A DNA stretch of 64,000 bases from a virus (taxonomy: Duplodnaviria > Heunggongvirae > Uroviricota > Caudoviricetes). A program made the position numbers and the translations under genes. The stretch lies in the IMG/VR virus record IMGVR_UViG_3300021255_000031; one strand, written 5' to 3'. Shown piece by piece: positions 31,007 to 42,752 of the stretch. The notes under the pieces are model-generated. The model was given only the letters and a program-made list of their open reading frames with translations. It did not search any database and had not been told where the DNA came from. Position 1 is the stretch's first letter, and every line of letters starts with the position of its first letter.

Positions 31007-33058
31007 TTAAGATTGAATATATTCTTGTAAGCTAGCGACTAAGTCTAAAAAAGAACGTAAAAAAGCAATTCTTGCGGTAGTTTCTTGTGCGGCTTGTTCT
31101 CTGTAGTCTTTCCACATTTGTAAGCTTACAGTGTTGCCATCTTTATCTTGTCGAGTATCAATATAATATTGTATTGACTCGCTCATCCCACCGGTGCTAA
31201 TTGTTATTCGCGCATCTTTAAAATCCATTTGTTCATAACCTTTTTGTAAAGCAAAAGCAATTTGAGATAAAAGAAGAGAACTGGGGATATAGAGCTGATT
31301 GATTAAATATAGATGAATATGAAAAATATCATTTTGTTGAATGTTTGTAAGAGCTGCGCGAGCAATATCTTGTGCGATATTTTTTACATCGTCAAACATT
31401 AATAAGCCTGCAAATATAGATAAATATTTTTCTACATCACCTTTACTGCTATCACCAATCGCTCCTTCGGCTAAATTTGTAGCCATGCCACGCATAATGT
31501 CCTCTTCAATTAATGAAAGGCCGCCTATATTATTGGCAGAGTAAAGAATATCTAGCAAAGACATAATTTGTAATTCACGACCATGAAAATCTTTAGTGAT
31601 ACCTTGTTCAGCCTGTAAATACAGTTTTAAAGATTCATGATAAATAAATATATCCTCTTGTATGCCATGCTGCTCTAAAAAATCAAGCAGTTGCTTATCA
31701 ACTGTTTTAATTTGTTTATTAAGTTCGCCATAAACATCGGTTAAATCATCCATTGCGTTTTCTCGTTCTTCTATACCCATATCTTCAATTAATTTAATAA
31801 TTTCTTTTTCTTGCTCTGCTATCCAAGCTGCGTCTTCTGGAAATTTTAATCGTAATTGGTATAATTTTGTTGTTATTACGTCCGCTGCGGTTCCATGCGA
31901 CCCTATATGTTTTGCTCCTTCTTCTAGTAATGGCCTTAATAATTCTGCTATACTACCATGCTTATTGCCCTCTAAGCTCCACTGCACTATTGGAGCCTTT
32001 CGTCCAACTGCATCAAATACACCTTGTATTTTTTGCATACCACGTAACCGCTTCTCGCCTGTCTTTGAGGCCAGATTTTTTTCTAATTGCCCTCGATAAG
32101 TTTCATATTGCTTGCTAGCTTTTGTTAAACGCTTAATGCCTAAAGTACTTCTAATATCTAATAGCAGTTCATTTAATTCTGCGCTATCCTGCTGTAATAA
32201 TTGAGTAAATCTAGTGTTTGCTTGAGTGAATTGCTTAAAAATTTTATTTATATCTAAATTTTCAATCTTCTCCTCTCGATTATTCATCTTATCGTATTCG
32301 GCCTGTAAGAAAGCTTCAAAGTCCATTAAAGTACCAGCCAGCACTTCATATGGATTATTAAGAAAAGCTGGATTGTTCTTATAATTATCAGTTACATAGC
32401 TAATTACTAGATCGGATATTTTAGATGACATACTTCGTTCATCTTTTCTTCGTAAAGTACCAATTGAAGTAGCTAATAAAGTTTTTAAGTCAGAAGTCAT
32501 CCTTGCAAGCATAAAATCTGAACGAATTTCTCTAGTAGAAGCTCGTGTTTTATCGGCCAATTGCGCCAAGCGCATACGATAACTCTCTGCTGTCTGACGA
32601 GCTGCATTTAAAAGAGTAGTTAATTGAATATAAAAATCATGCGGGTCTCCTGAAGGATTATTTAAAAATTTTTCCATATCAGAGAAAATATCATTGATAT
32701 TAGAATAGGTATTAGTATCTTTAGCTATTAAATCTTGTACGATAGGACTTTTTTCAAGTTCTTTCTTATATCTATATAGAACTCGCATTTCTTTTTCACG
32801 TTCACTTTGCGCAATGTTTTTTAAAAATTTAATTGCATTTTCAATATCTTCGGTTGTTCGCCCATTTTTAATTTGAGCAGCATTTCTGAAAGGAATTATT
32901 AAATTACTCACGGCGCTATAGAAAACATTTATTTTTTGCGCAGCAAGGCTTCCATGATTATTTTCTACGTTGTTTAAATCTAAAAAATAACAAAAACGAT
33001 TTGCTAAATCAAAATCCGGAATAAAATCACTAACTGATGTTAATCTATCTTTTTTCAT
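31007..33058 (-). CDS. Large (683 aa) helical hypothetical protein
   Basis: Long intact ORF; no motif recognised. Confidence 0.6.
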   Translation of the reverse strand: MKKDRLTSVSDFIPDFDLANRFCYFLDLNNVENNHGSLAAQKINVFYSAVSNLIIPFRNAAQIKNGRTTEDIENAIKFLKNIAQSEREKEMRVLYRYKKELEKSPIVQDLIAKDTNTYSNINDIFSDMEKFLNNPSGDPHDFYIQLTTLLNAARQTAESYRMRLAQLADKTRASTREIRSDFMLARMTSDLKTLLATSIGTLRRKDERSMSSKISDLVISYVTDNYKNNPAFLNNPYEVLAGTLMDFEAFLQAEYDKMNNREEKIENLDINKIFKQFTQANTRFTQLLQQDSAELNELLLDIRSTLGIKRLTKASKQYETYRGQLEKNLASKTGEKRLRGMQKIQGVFDAVGRKAPIVQWSLEGNKHGSIAELLRPLLEEGAKHIGSHGTAADVITTKLYQLRLKFPEDAAWIAEQEKEIIKLIEDMGIEERENAMDDLTDVYGELNKQIKTVDKQLLDFLEQHGIQEDIFIYHESLKLYLQAEQGITKDFHGRELQIMSLLDILYSANNIGGLSLIEEDIMRGMATNLAEGAIGDSSKGDVEKYLSIFAGLLMFDDVKNIAQDIARAALTNIQQNDIFHIHLYLINQLYIPSSLLLSQIAFALQKGYEQMDFKDARITISTGGMSESIQYYIDTRQDKDGNTVSLQMWKDYREQAAQETTARIAFLRSFLDLVASLQEYIQS

Positions 33059-33533
33059 TTATTCCTCCATCTTTAAAATAAAAAAATCCGCGAGCGCGGA
33101 TTAATAAATTACATCTCGTACTATTTTTTTATAATACGAGGGGTCGGTTTCTTTTATACTGTCCCATTGCATCATATATTCTATTTTTTCTGGTTTGTAA
33201 ATACCATGCCAATCATAGAAATTGCCGTGATAAAAAATTACAAAGTGCCCAACAACACAATCATACCAAATTGTACTGGTTGGGAAACGTTCATGTAAAA
33301 TAATTGCAAAGTAATAACAATTACCATTTAGCCACAAGTCGTCTTGAACAAAGCGACGACGAATAAAATTTAATACTTCATCTTGCATATAATTACCTAC
33401 ATTGTTAAAAAATAAAATAATTTATTATTATACAACTGTATAAATTTTTTCTTTCCCTATAAATAAGTTGTTTATTAAACTTTTTTTTATAATATTTTAT
33501 TTATTTCTCGACAACTTTAATTAAGTGCTTTTA

Positions 33534-34436
33534 TTATACAATTTTTTGTTCATCTATAATTTTTATAATGGAACCATCTTCGTGAGTTTCCTCATAAAAC
33601 CCAAATATTTTACCAGTAGTACAATTTAAAACATAGGCGCGGTGCGACCACACGGCGCCAGTGTCCATATCAATTTTTAAACCTTGGCGCTTTGCCGTGT
33701 TTTCTTTATTCAGCGCCCACATTCCCATTTTGTCGTGCCAAACACACGGGTGAGCATTCTTTAAGCTTTTGTCGTGACCATAGATACCTTGTGGCAGTGA
33801 AACAGTAGGTGTGTGCCCGAAGACACCAACACGTCCGGTTTCCCAACCAAGTGCTAATAGTTTTCTATCCCAAAGCATTTGTTGCTTCACTTCGGCATCT
33901 ATCGTAGTTTTATTATATTCCGCATCAGCTGCACGCTTAAAATATTCATAAGTTGAACCAGCATGGCAAAAGTCAAAATTTTCATAAGAGAAAGTAAGCG
34001 GAAGGTTCTCAATAGCATCTACGAAATCTTCATCCGAACCATCTGTAATCCAGTCTTGTATAGTTTCAGCGCCGCCATTATATAAGCAAAGAGAAAGAGC
34101 TGGCATAGTAATATTTGTGCTATTACGACAAAATTCTTGAGCAAATTGCCTATTTTTAGATTTAAGTTGATTATACAATTCATCAGATTGAGCACAAAAA
34201 CCTATAATTTCATGCGCGGCTTGGACAAACATATCCTCATGATTGCCTTTTAGATAGATAACTTGTGGATTATCAAGAAGTTCGCGCATAATTTTGTAGC
34301 CGTGCGGGCCACGATCGCATGCGTCGCCGCCAAAAATTACAGTACATTCTGGATCTATTTCAAAACAATTGTTTATAATTGCATCATATAAAATGTAGTC
34401 ACCATGAATGTCTGTAAAAAAGAATACATCGTGCAT
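33534..34436 (-). CDS. Metallophosphoesterase (Ser/Thr phosphatase-like)
   Basis: TDIHG, GDACDRG, KGNHE, CHAG, FGHT, IDMDTG. Confidence 0.88.
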   Translation of the reverse strand: MHDVFFFTDIHGDYILYDAIINNCFEIDPECTVIFGGDACDRGPHGYKIMRELLDNPQVIYLKGNHEDMFVQAAHEIIGFCAQSDELYNQLKSKNRQFAQEFCRNSTNITMPALSLCLYNGGAETIQDWITDGSDEDFVDAIENLPLTFSYENFDFCHAGSTYEYFKRAADAEYNKTTIDAEVKQQMLWDRKLLALGWETGRVGVFGHTPTVSLPQGIYGHDKSLKNAHPCVWHDKMGMWALNKENTAKRQGLKIDMDTGAVWSHRAYVLNCTTGKIFGFYEETHEDGSIIKIIDEQKIV

Positions 34437-35111
34437 TTTTATCTTCCTTTCTTACCATAAATCTTCGCTAAATAATTCTTGACATTTGATATTCTTATTT
34501 ACAGCCATAAGTTGATGGCTGTACATCGCTTCCAAATAGGCACAATGTCTGTCAAGAAAAATATCATCTTCATCTAAAAAGCCTTCTTGAATTGTATAAT
34601 AATCTATATTTTTTTTATAGCCAAAATTATATAAAATTTCATAGACATCGCAATGTCTGTGACAAGGAATAATCATTTCCTTATTTTGTCTAATATCAAA
34701 AATTTTAACTGCGGCTTTAGTAATCATTTTATTCCTCTAAAATTCATTATCATCCCAACCTATGGGATCCTTTGTATTCAAGTCAAAAAGCAAATCTTCT
34801 TGATAACAGTCCTCACATAGCCATCCATTAGAAACTTTATTGGATCTGTGCATATTAGATTGTTCATCGCGTTTTCCGCAACAGCCACAATGACGATAAT
34901 ATTTACGTTTAATTTGTAATTTCATTTTTTTCTCACTTTCTATAAATATTATATCATAAATTTTGATAATAGTCAAATAAAAAAAGAGCCGCATCAAGCG
35001 GCTTCAAGGGCTTTAATTTCACGTTCAATTTTCTTTACAATATTACGATTTTCACGGTCGCGTGAGAGTAGGACCGCACGTCGAGCCTTTAGTTGTAGAA
35101 TACGAATTTCC

Positions 35112-35597
35112 TTAATCATTTCTTTTTCTCTCTTTTCTTTTTAGAGTTTCAATTATAATACGCTCACGTTCAGCGGTTATAATTTTTCCTAATTTATTTT
35201 GACCAATTTTATCCCTACATTTATCACATTGGCAATCGCCCCAATAATTATCGTGCCACCAATTAGACTCGCAAAAAGCATCTATATTATCGGTGATACT
35301 AGCAAGTAATTTTTGTTTTAATAATGGATTTTGGAACTTACTATGAATTATATCTGCCATAACTTGATCTTTATTTTCTTCCCAATCAGATCGTAAGCTT
35401 ACTTTACGTCCGCGCGCTTTTGCTTGTCCTGGGGTGGGAGCGTCAGCAACATACTGACGCTCCTCTTCTGTATTGGCTTTTGCCGCCTGAAAAGCGTGCT
35501 CGGCGGATTTATAAGTATGACCGTTATAGAAGATATCACATATATAAAAATTACTTAAAAAATCATATTTTCCGTGAAATCCTTTAAGTAACGTCAT
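35112..35597 (-). CDS. NADAR (YbiA-like) family protein
   Basis: FLSNFY, SAEHAFQAAKA, DWEENK, KF.N, YWG, GQNKLG. Confidence 0.9.
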   Translation of the reverse strand: MTLLKGFHGKYDFLSNFYICDIFYNGHTYKSAEHAFQAAKANTEEERQYVADAPTPGQAKARGRKVSLRSDWEENKDQVMADIIHSKFQNPLLKQKLLASITDNIDAFCESNWWHDNYWGDCQCDKCRDKIGQNKLGKIITAERERIIIETLKRKERKRND

Positions 35598-35797
35598 TTT
35601 ACCACTCCTTTAATTCAAAAAACTTACATTTTGATTTTAGATTAAAGTATTCTTGAGAAGCATCACAAACTACTTTTTCATTTTCATTAATATAGAAATG
35701 CGTACAGTTGATACATTTCTTAACGGTTTCGTTTAGAAATGCTTCTCGCTTTTGAATTGCTTCTAAATTTGGATGAGTGAAGTTATTCCAAGAAATT

Positions 35798-37198
35798 TCA
35801 GGTGTCCTCAACTTCCTGGGCCTCCTCAATATCCGGAGCAACAGCTTCATCCTTAGCGATACCCTCTAGTACCTTAAAAGAGAAGTTCTTATGCTTATAA
35901 ACCGCGAAGTTAGGACGGTTAAGGATACGCACGACTACGCCCTCGCGCACATGAGTTTTACCGATAGGATCAGGGCCATCGAAGTACTGTTCTACCTTAC
36001 GAAGAACATACTCGCCAGCATTTACATTCTCAGGAATTACAAAGGTTTCAAATTCCATAACAGTATGAACGCCCATCTGCTCGCAGCGCTCCTTGATTTG
36101 CGCAGGAGAGTACTCTACCACATCACCATCGGCATTTACCATAGTCATACGATAGACATATACTTCGCAGCAAGGAGGAACATAATAGTCAGTCTCGCGC
36201 CACTCGGCTAAAGTATAATCACCAAGATCTTCCTTATCGACAAAAATTTCTTCATCGTAGTGGCCATTCTGTGCGCAGCCATAGGAAAACACAGTGATCT
36301 TACCATACTGCTTAGAGAACTCGGGGTCCTTTACCTTAGAATTCTGAACCTCAGACATGATGGGCGCGCCGCCAGGGCCCTGGAAGCCTACGATTTCGTA
36401 ATACACTACCTCGCCCTTACGAAGCTTGCCCTCAAATTTAGCCGCCATTGCGTGACGGAAATCATCGGACTCGTAAAAGCCGCCTTGACGAGTACCATCC
36501 AAAACTACACGACGAGTTCCAGTGATATATCCATATTCCTTGTACTCCTTACCAGGGCGATGGAACAGCGTATCGAGCCAAGACCGCTTGGTATGAACTA
36601 GAGGCAGATATCCGGTGCGTCCAGAGGTGCCGTGCATCTTTAGAGTTAGCTGGACGATATCGCCAACTTTAAACTTGTCGAGATTATAAGCAAGCTGCTC
36701 GGTATCTACGTGCTCGTAGAAGGTAGGCGCGATGTTGACCTTTGCCTTGCGAGGTGTCTTCGCGCCATGATACTGCACGGATGCATTGCTATGAGGAATA
36801 TACTTGCGGCAAATTTCCTCACCATTCAGAACATCAATGCGGTCGCCCACTTTAAGATCAGAGATAGTGCAGAAGTCAGCCAGTGAAGTAATAGGCATAA
36901 ACAAACCATCGGACTTCTCGCCACGAAGCTTGATAGCCTTGATGTTGCGCTTATCGGGGTCAAGATAACCACCGCAGTAGTTACCGTTCTCATCTTTACG
37001 GCGCACCAGGTCGTTTACCGCGCAATAGCGCTCAGAAAGTTGTAAGTCAACAGGAAAATAAATTCCCATTGTACCGAGTTGAGTATCAAGACTAACGATA
37101 GTATCGTTTCCGAAGAAAGTAGCCACCTGAAGCCTATCCGCGTTGGAGTGCGGGCGCAGATGCTCCACCTTTACTACATAACCACAGTGATCAGACAT
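35798..37198 (-). CDS. ATP-dependent RNA ligase (Rnl2/DRB0094-like) with N-terminal tRNA-binding-type OB domain
   Basis: HSNADRL, IKLRGEKSDG, motif I KMHG, YYEIVG, REGVVVR, YKHKN; own promoter at 37232-37260. Confidence 0.85.
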   Translation of the reverse strand: MSDHCGYVVKVEHLRPHSNADRLQVATFFGNDTIVSLDTQLGTMGIYFPVDLQLSERYCAVNDLVRRKDENGNYCGGYLDPDKRNIKAIKLRGEKSDGLFMPITSLADFCTISDLKVGDRIDVLNGEEICRKYIPHSNASVQYHGAKTPRKAKVNIAPTFYEHVDTEQLAYNLDKFKVGDIVQLTLKMHGTSGRTGYLPLVHTKRSWLDTLFHRPGKEYKEYGYITGTRRVVLDGTRQGGFYESDDFRHAMAAKFEGKLRKGEVVYYEIVGFQGPGGAPIMSEVQNSKVKDPEFSKQYGKITVFSYGCAQNGHYDEEIFVDKEDLGDYTLAEWRETDYYVPPCCEVYVYRMTMVNADGDVVEYSPAQIKERCEQMGVHTVMEFETFVIPENVNAGEYVLRKVEQYFDGPDPIGKTHVREGVVVRILNRPNFAVYKHKNFSFKVLEGIAKDEAVAPDIEEAQEVEDT

Positions 37199-37552
37199 TT
37201 TTTCATCTTCCTTTCCTTTTCTTACATAAAAATTATAACATAAATTGGGGAATAAGTCAAATAAAAAATTTACGGCCTATCACAATCTACAAGTCGCTTA
37301 TACGTCCAATCTTTACGATTGAATATAATTCCATCGCCATAATCGGAATCTATGATTATAATATACTTAGAATCTTCATCCTGTAATGAATAAAATCCGC
37401 AATAACCGTGACATTCTTTCTTAAAGCAAGCCACCGCCGCATCATACTCTTCGCGCCTATCCATTATCCAATCTTTGTATTCGTTAGACATATTTATATT
37501 TCCTTTTCATTTAGTATAATAATTATACTACAAATTTGAAAATAAGTCAAAT

Positions 37553-37586
37553 AAAAAAGACCCTCGGTTCATAGAACCGAGGGAAA
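37553..37586. terminator. Intrinsic terminator
   Basis: CCCTCGGTTC-ATA-GAACCGAGGG flanked by A tracts. Confidence 0.75.
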
Positions 37587-37895
37587 AATTATCTCTTCTT
37601 AAACAAAAAATTAAATATTGTCATTGGTAGAACTATAATAATGAGAATAATAAATGTAAATACGGATGTTACTATCATCGCTGGTAGTGTAATGATAGAA
37701 AGTAGTACGGCCACTATAATACGACCAGCAAGATTATAATCATCTTCCATATTCTCCCATGCGTTTAGTACAAACATGAATATAGATCTCCAGATAGGAT
37801 AATCTTTCCAATACAAACTATCAAAAATATCTATAATTTGATATATGGTTATAATGCCATTCACGCCAAGTAATATACAAAAAAACCATTCCATT

Positions 37896-38654
37896 TTATA
37901 GATACTTCCTTCCCGTAAAAAACTCCAACGGCTTATTACCTGTCAGGCGGCTTAAATCGCCTTTAGTAGCAACACCGGGAATTACTCCCTTATCAGTAAA
38001 TTGATGTAAATCAATTTTATTAGTTTTTGCCGCAGATTTCAATGTAACCCCATCATAAGTGCCAGTATTCTTACCATAACTAGCAATCCATAAAGTATCA
38101 AATAAATCCTGTATCTGCCAGTAATAAGTAGAATACTTCCAGTCGCCAGTATATTGTCCAACTACTTTAGCGCCGAGTTCGCGCAAGCGAGCAACATAAG
38201 TCTTAATATACTCTCTTTCTGCACCATAAGATACACCTGTACCAAGCTGTTCTGTATCAATATACCAAATACGTGGATTATAGGGAGAAGCAATTTTATA
38301 AAATGCTTCTGCCTGTGCGATAGCATTAGCATTACTCATAAGAGTAACATAATCATAAACTGCGAAAGGCATATTGCGCTTAACAAGTTCTTTTGCGCGT
38401 TCCTCAAATACGGTATCATTTTTATTGCATACGCGCGCACGCAAAATGACAAAATCACATTCATTACAAATCCTATCAAAATCGGGATTCTTTTGATAAA
38501 CAGAAAGGTCAGGGATACAATTATGAATTGGATAATAAAATTCCTCTTCATTTTCTGCGGCTTTTTGACCCGCTACGTATCCTTGTCTATAAGCTTCATC
38601 AAGCCAAGAATTCATTAATTCTATTTGCTTGTTATTTAATTGATAATTACTCAT
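37896..38654 (-). CDS. GH25 lysozyme/muramidase (endolysin-like)
   Basis: PDLSVYQ, FVILRA, WYIDTEQ, LWIASY, LHQFT. Confidence 0.85.
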   Translation of the reverse strand: MSNYQLNNKQIELMNSWLDEAYRQGYVAGQKAAENEEEFYYPIHNCIPDLSVYQKNPDFDRICNECDFVILRARVCNKNDTVFEERAKELVKRNMPFAVYDYVTLMSNANAIAQAEAFYKIASPYNPRIWYIDTEQLGTGVSYGAEREYIKTYVARLRELGAKVVGQYTGDWKYSTYYWQIQDLFDTLWIASYGKNTGTYDGVTLKSAAKTNKIDLHQFTDKGVIPGVATKGDLSRLTGNKPLEFFTGRKYL

Positions 38655-39333
38655 CTTCTTTTGTTACCTCATGTTTGGCTAAAACCATATAATACATTTC
38701 TAAAATTAATCCATTTTTTATCATTACTTCTGGAGTGGGGACTTCACAGCGCTTTGCATGTATGATAAGTGGATTTTCAGCAATTTCTAAACGCTTAAAA
38801 ATCTCATCAAGCATTTCTTTATTTAATGGATTCATTGCCTTACAACTTTTATCTCTTTCTGTAAGCCACCATTTATACTCACCAGAATAAGTAAAAAAAT
38901 GTTTGCCATTATAAGCTCGTCCAGCACCGAGAAAATCACATACCATTTCTACAAAATCAATAGGAGGCATTAGATATGCTGTAAAGCCTTCACTATAATT
39001 ATCAGTCCAGTAAGCCCAATGATGACGATTGCGCCCACGGTGATGGAGCCAAGCTTTTGACATTCCGATGTCCTTCTTTGCCTCATTAATAGGAGAGCTC
39101 GTTCCGGTCCAATAGCGCGCGGACTCCAAAAATTCAGTAGGCGAGTATTTACTCAAATCGTGTGTTAGTCCACGCCACGGAATACCAGCAAGAAAACAAT
39201 AGTGACGCACCCACTTACGATGGGTACGCACAGTTTTCCAATGATTAAAAAATTTACTCATATCCATAAACGCCATGCCTAGCCTGCTGAAGTTCTGTAC
39301 GCAATTCGTCATTATCAGAACGAAGCTGTTCAA
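38647..39333 (-). CDS. HD-like protein (DUF5662-like)
   Basis: HRKWV, HDLSKY, AWLHHRGRNRHHW, EMVCD. Confidence 0.7.
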   Translation of the reverse strand: MNSFVLIMTNCVQNFSRLGMAFMDMSKFFNHWKTVRTHRKWVRHYCFLAGIPWRGLTHDLSKYSPTEFLESARYWTGTSSPINEAKKDIGMSKAWLHHRGRNRHHWAYWTDNYSEGFTAYLMPPIDFVEMVCDFLGAGRAYNGKHFFTYSGEYKWWLTERDKSCKAMNPLNKEMLDEIFKRLEIAENPLIIHAKRCEVPTPEVMIKNGLILEMYYMVLAKHEVTKEDE

Positions 39334-42300
39334 CTATATCGCGCCACCAGTTAATAGTGCGCTCACCCTCTGTGCGGGCGGCACCATAGCCCTCAGCATA
39401 TCCTTTATCATAATAATATTTTAGAGTCTCGTTATCAATAGCGGCATCATCTTTTACTACCATTTTAATCCTCCAAAAGAAATAGTTCTACGTGGCTGCC
39501 TACGTCGTATACAGTAAGACCCTCTTCATTTTTCCAAATGCGTGTATAATAACTATGAAATTTCTTATCTTCCGGCTTACCCTCATTACACTTATCAATA
39601 AATCGGCGTATTTCCAGACCGACTTCGGTCTGTTCCCGCGGCTGAGCGATAAGCCGCCGCTCGCCATAAGAATTTTCAAAATACAGTTTCATAATTTAGT
39701 TCCTTTCATTTGATATAAATATTATATCATAATTTTAAAAGAAAGTCAAGTTTTGTCTGGATTCATAAACCAATGAATATATGATTCCTCGCACTCGGGA
39801 CAAATATATTTATCATCTGATTTCCAACTTGTTTTAGAACTACTACCTATCATACGCAACTTTGCATAATAGCAGGTATGAGTTATCCAAGCATAAAGAC
39901 CTTCTGAGTCATTGATTTCTTTACCACATCTATCGCAAAATGTTTTAGTCATTTTTTTACTCCGTCTTAGGTACTACTATTTCTATAGTAGCTCTATATC
40001 TAATTTCATTGGGATTATACATATCTTGATGGTATGAAATGGGAATAATTTTATCTTTAATAAGTCTATGAGCCAGTTCATTAGTCATATAATTCTGTAT
40101 ATATGAAATATCTGGCAACATGTGTGCGTCAGCAACATACTCTACTGTATATCTACTAATTGGCCTTTCAATTCGTGTGAATTCTAGTTTTTGTGTAGAT
40201 AATCGTTTATTCCAAGCATCAAGCGATTCTTTAATTTTTTCGCGCATTTCTAATCTTGCGCGCTTATGTTTTTGTGCTGTTGTCTTTTTCATCGCTGACC
40301 GCTCCATATTCTAGGTGTTCCGTCTGCATTAATTATGGGTGTGATGCTACCATGATAATTCATAATATACATCACACCAGTAGTTTTATCATAAATTATC
40401 CAAATTAAGGAGCCACTATCAAATTTTTCGATTACACGAAAACCTGTGTCATAACCTGTACTAGGACTTTCTTCTTTCATCCCGCAGCCTGTTAATGTAA
40501 TGACAAGAATTAGTATTAATATTGAAGCAAGTAGTATCTTTTTTATTTTAGTCATTTATATTTACCACCCATTACTAATAACCCAAGCACCAAATAAAAT
40601 ACACAATGCAATTTCAAATAGTTCTGAAACTATAGTAGGACCGCGATATTCCTTTGGTGCTATGCTTTCAATAATGCCTATCGCCGCGATTGAAATAATC
40701 ACTTTTAACCAGTTCATATTCTGTCCTCCTTTGGCTGACGGCGTATCTCAATCCTCAATCTTGTTTCTGTATAGGCTTCTTGAAATAGAGCTTTTATAAA
40801 CAGTATCGCATCATCGATACGCATATCGCTTGCCAATAAATCAAATGCACCGTCACCGTGGCGTTCATAAACTTGAAACTTATCTTCCCACATTGTTTTT
40901 ATTCTCCAAATCCATTTTCGCACCGCAGTTGGGGCAATATGATAGTTCTTCTTCTCTTGTCCAACTGTTCCTCAATCCTTTCATATGCCACTGACATTCG
41001 GAGCATTCGTAATGTCCATGATATTCAGGAGGCATCATTCCTGTCATCTTCACCCACCGCCCATGCGCAGTATTAGTGGTGGGTTGTTCTTTTAGTAGTT
41101 CCAATGCACCGCCGCAAGCATTCGCAAAGGACAGCATCCTCTCCTTCACAGCGCCAACATACATATTTGCTTTAGCTTCAAGGACTGTTTGTAGATTTTG
41201 TAACTCAGCTTTGATTATGTCTCTGTCAATCATTCCATTTTATCTCCTTTCCACACCATGGATAAAATTTTACATGCTGATGTAAGAATGAACCATTGCA
41301 ATGACCGCATATGTACTCAGTACCGTTGCTTTTGTTGGCATTATGTATCCGTATAAGCGGTTTTACAGTTTCCCGCACCTTCAGTACTTCCAGCGCATCA
41401 CGCATCAAATGTTTTTGACACCGCAAATCGTCTGGATCGTAATATACACAGTTAGGACACGGATGACAGCCAATACAATACTCAAGTCTTTTGACAACCC
41501 TCTCCATGTCAGCCATCCCATTTTACCGCCTTCCCACATTGCGGACAGAAGTTTGCGCGATAGTCATTCGACCCAACAGCGGCGTGCCCGCAAAAGCCGC
41601 AAATGTAGATTCCACGCAGATACGTTTTGAGTTCTTTCGGCTCAACGGGTTCTTGCCCCTGGAACAGAACTGATTGTCCATCAGAAAATCCTTTTTGATA
41701 TCCTCTTTCAAATATCTTTTTATTTTCCCAAAGTATGTCCTCCAGCTGATTCTCAGTTAATTCTGGCTCTTCATCTTCAAACCAATGTCTTTCGGTCAAA
41801 CCCATTTTCATTCACCGCCTTCTATCCCAAACAGTATTTGTAATCCATTACCTATGCTATCAAGGGCTCTTTGCTTTTCAACTGGAAGCTCTTCAATCAT
41901 TCTATTAGTTTTTCTAATTGGGCACCAATCGGGAACGGAAGTTAAATCAATAGCAACATTAAGATAAGCGCTTATTTCTGATTGCATCGTTTGCAACTGA
42001 TACGCGCAAAAAGGTGAGCCAAATTCTTCATTTTTAAAAAAGCATTCTCCGCAACTTTGTGGTTCATTTAATTTCATAAATTTCATCCTTATATTGTGAT
42101 ATTTGACGTATTTCTGAGAGATAATTTGTATAATATGTCTGAAAATTATACAATCCGTTTCGATAATTTTCCCAATTTTGGTTATGCCGTAGTTCAAGTT
42201 CTAATTGGCTAATCCGTTCTTGTAGTTCCTGAATGCGTGCCTGGTATAGCTCTTCATACGCTTGCTTCCATTTATCAATATTCGCGCGCACTTTTTCTCT

Positions 42301-42751
42301 TATATCTTCTGGCACTTGACTTATATCAAAATTGAGACTAAAACCAGAATCTTTATTCATTTTAACTAATCCACACAATATAGTCAAATGGCTGCTTATT
42401 AAGCCAATTTTCATTTAACCGCGGAACACTGTAATATTGATATTCACCATCAGACATATAGGCGGTGCCTTCGGCCGCGACGACGCGTTCTTCTTTGATG
42501 TCTTCGATAAAATCTTCCTTACTTACTAACGTGCCATATTCTGGGTCTAATTCCCAATCTTCCAATTTACGAGCATGAAGAAATAAATCTTCAAACCCCA
42601 CTGTAACAGTCGTGCCTGTAGAAGTCTCTACATCAAAAAATAGTCCCTTTTCCGTAAGGTGCGCGCCATCAAGCTTTAGGTTGCCAGCAACCCACTTTCC
42701 ATTTTCTTTACAAAGAACGTGCTGACCGCCATACATATTAAGATTTTCCAT
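39254..42751 (-). other. Belt of small hypothetical ORFs, several ending in Zn-ribbon motifs
   Basis: 40880-41233, 41226-41516 and 41509-41811 end in CPxCG/PWCG...W motifs; 40289-40555 has a lipoprotein signal (LTGC). Confidence 0.55.
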
Positions 42752-42752
42752 T

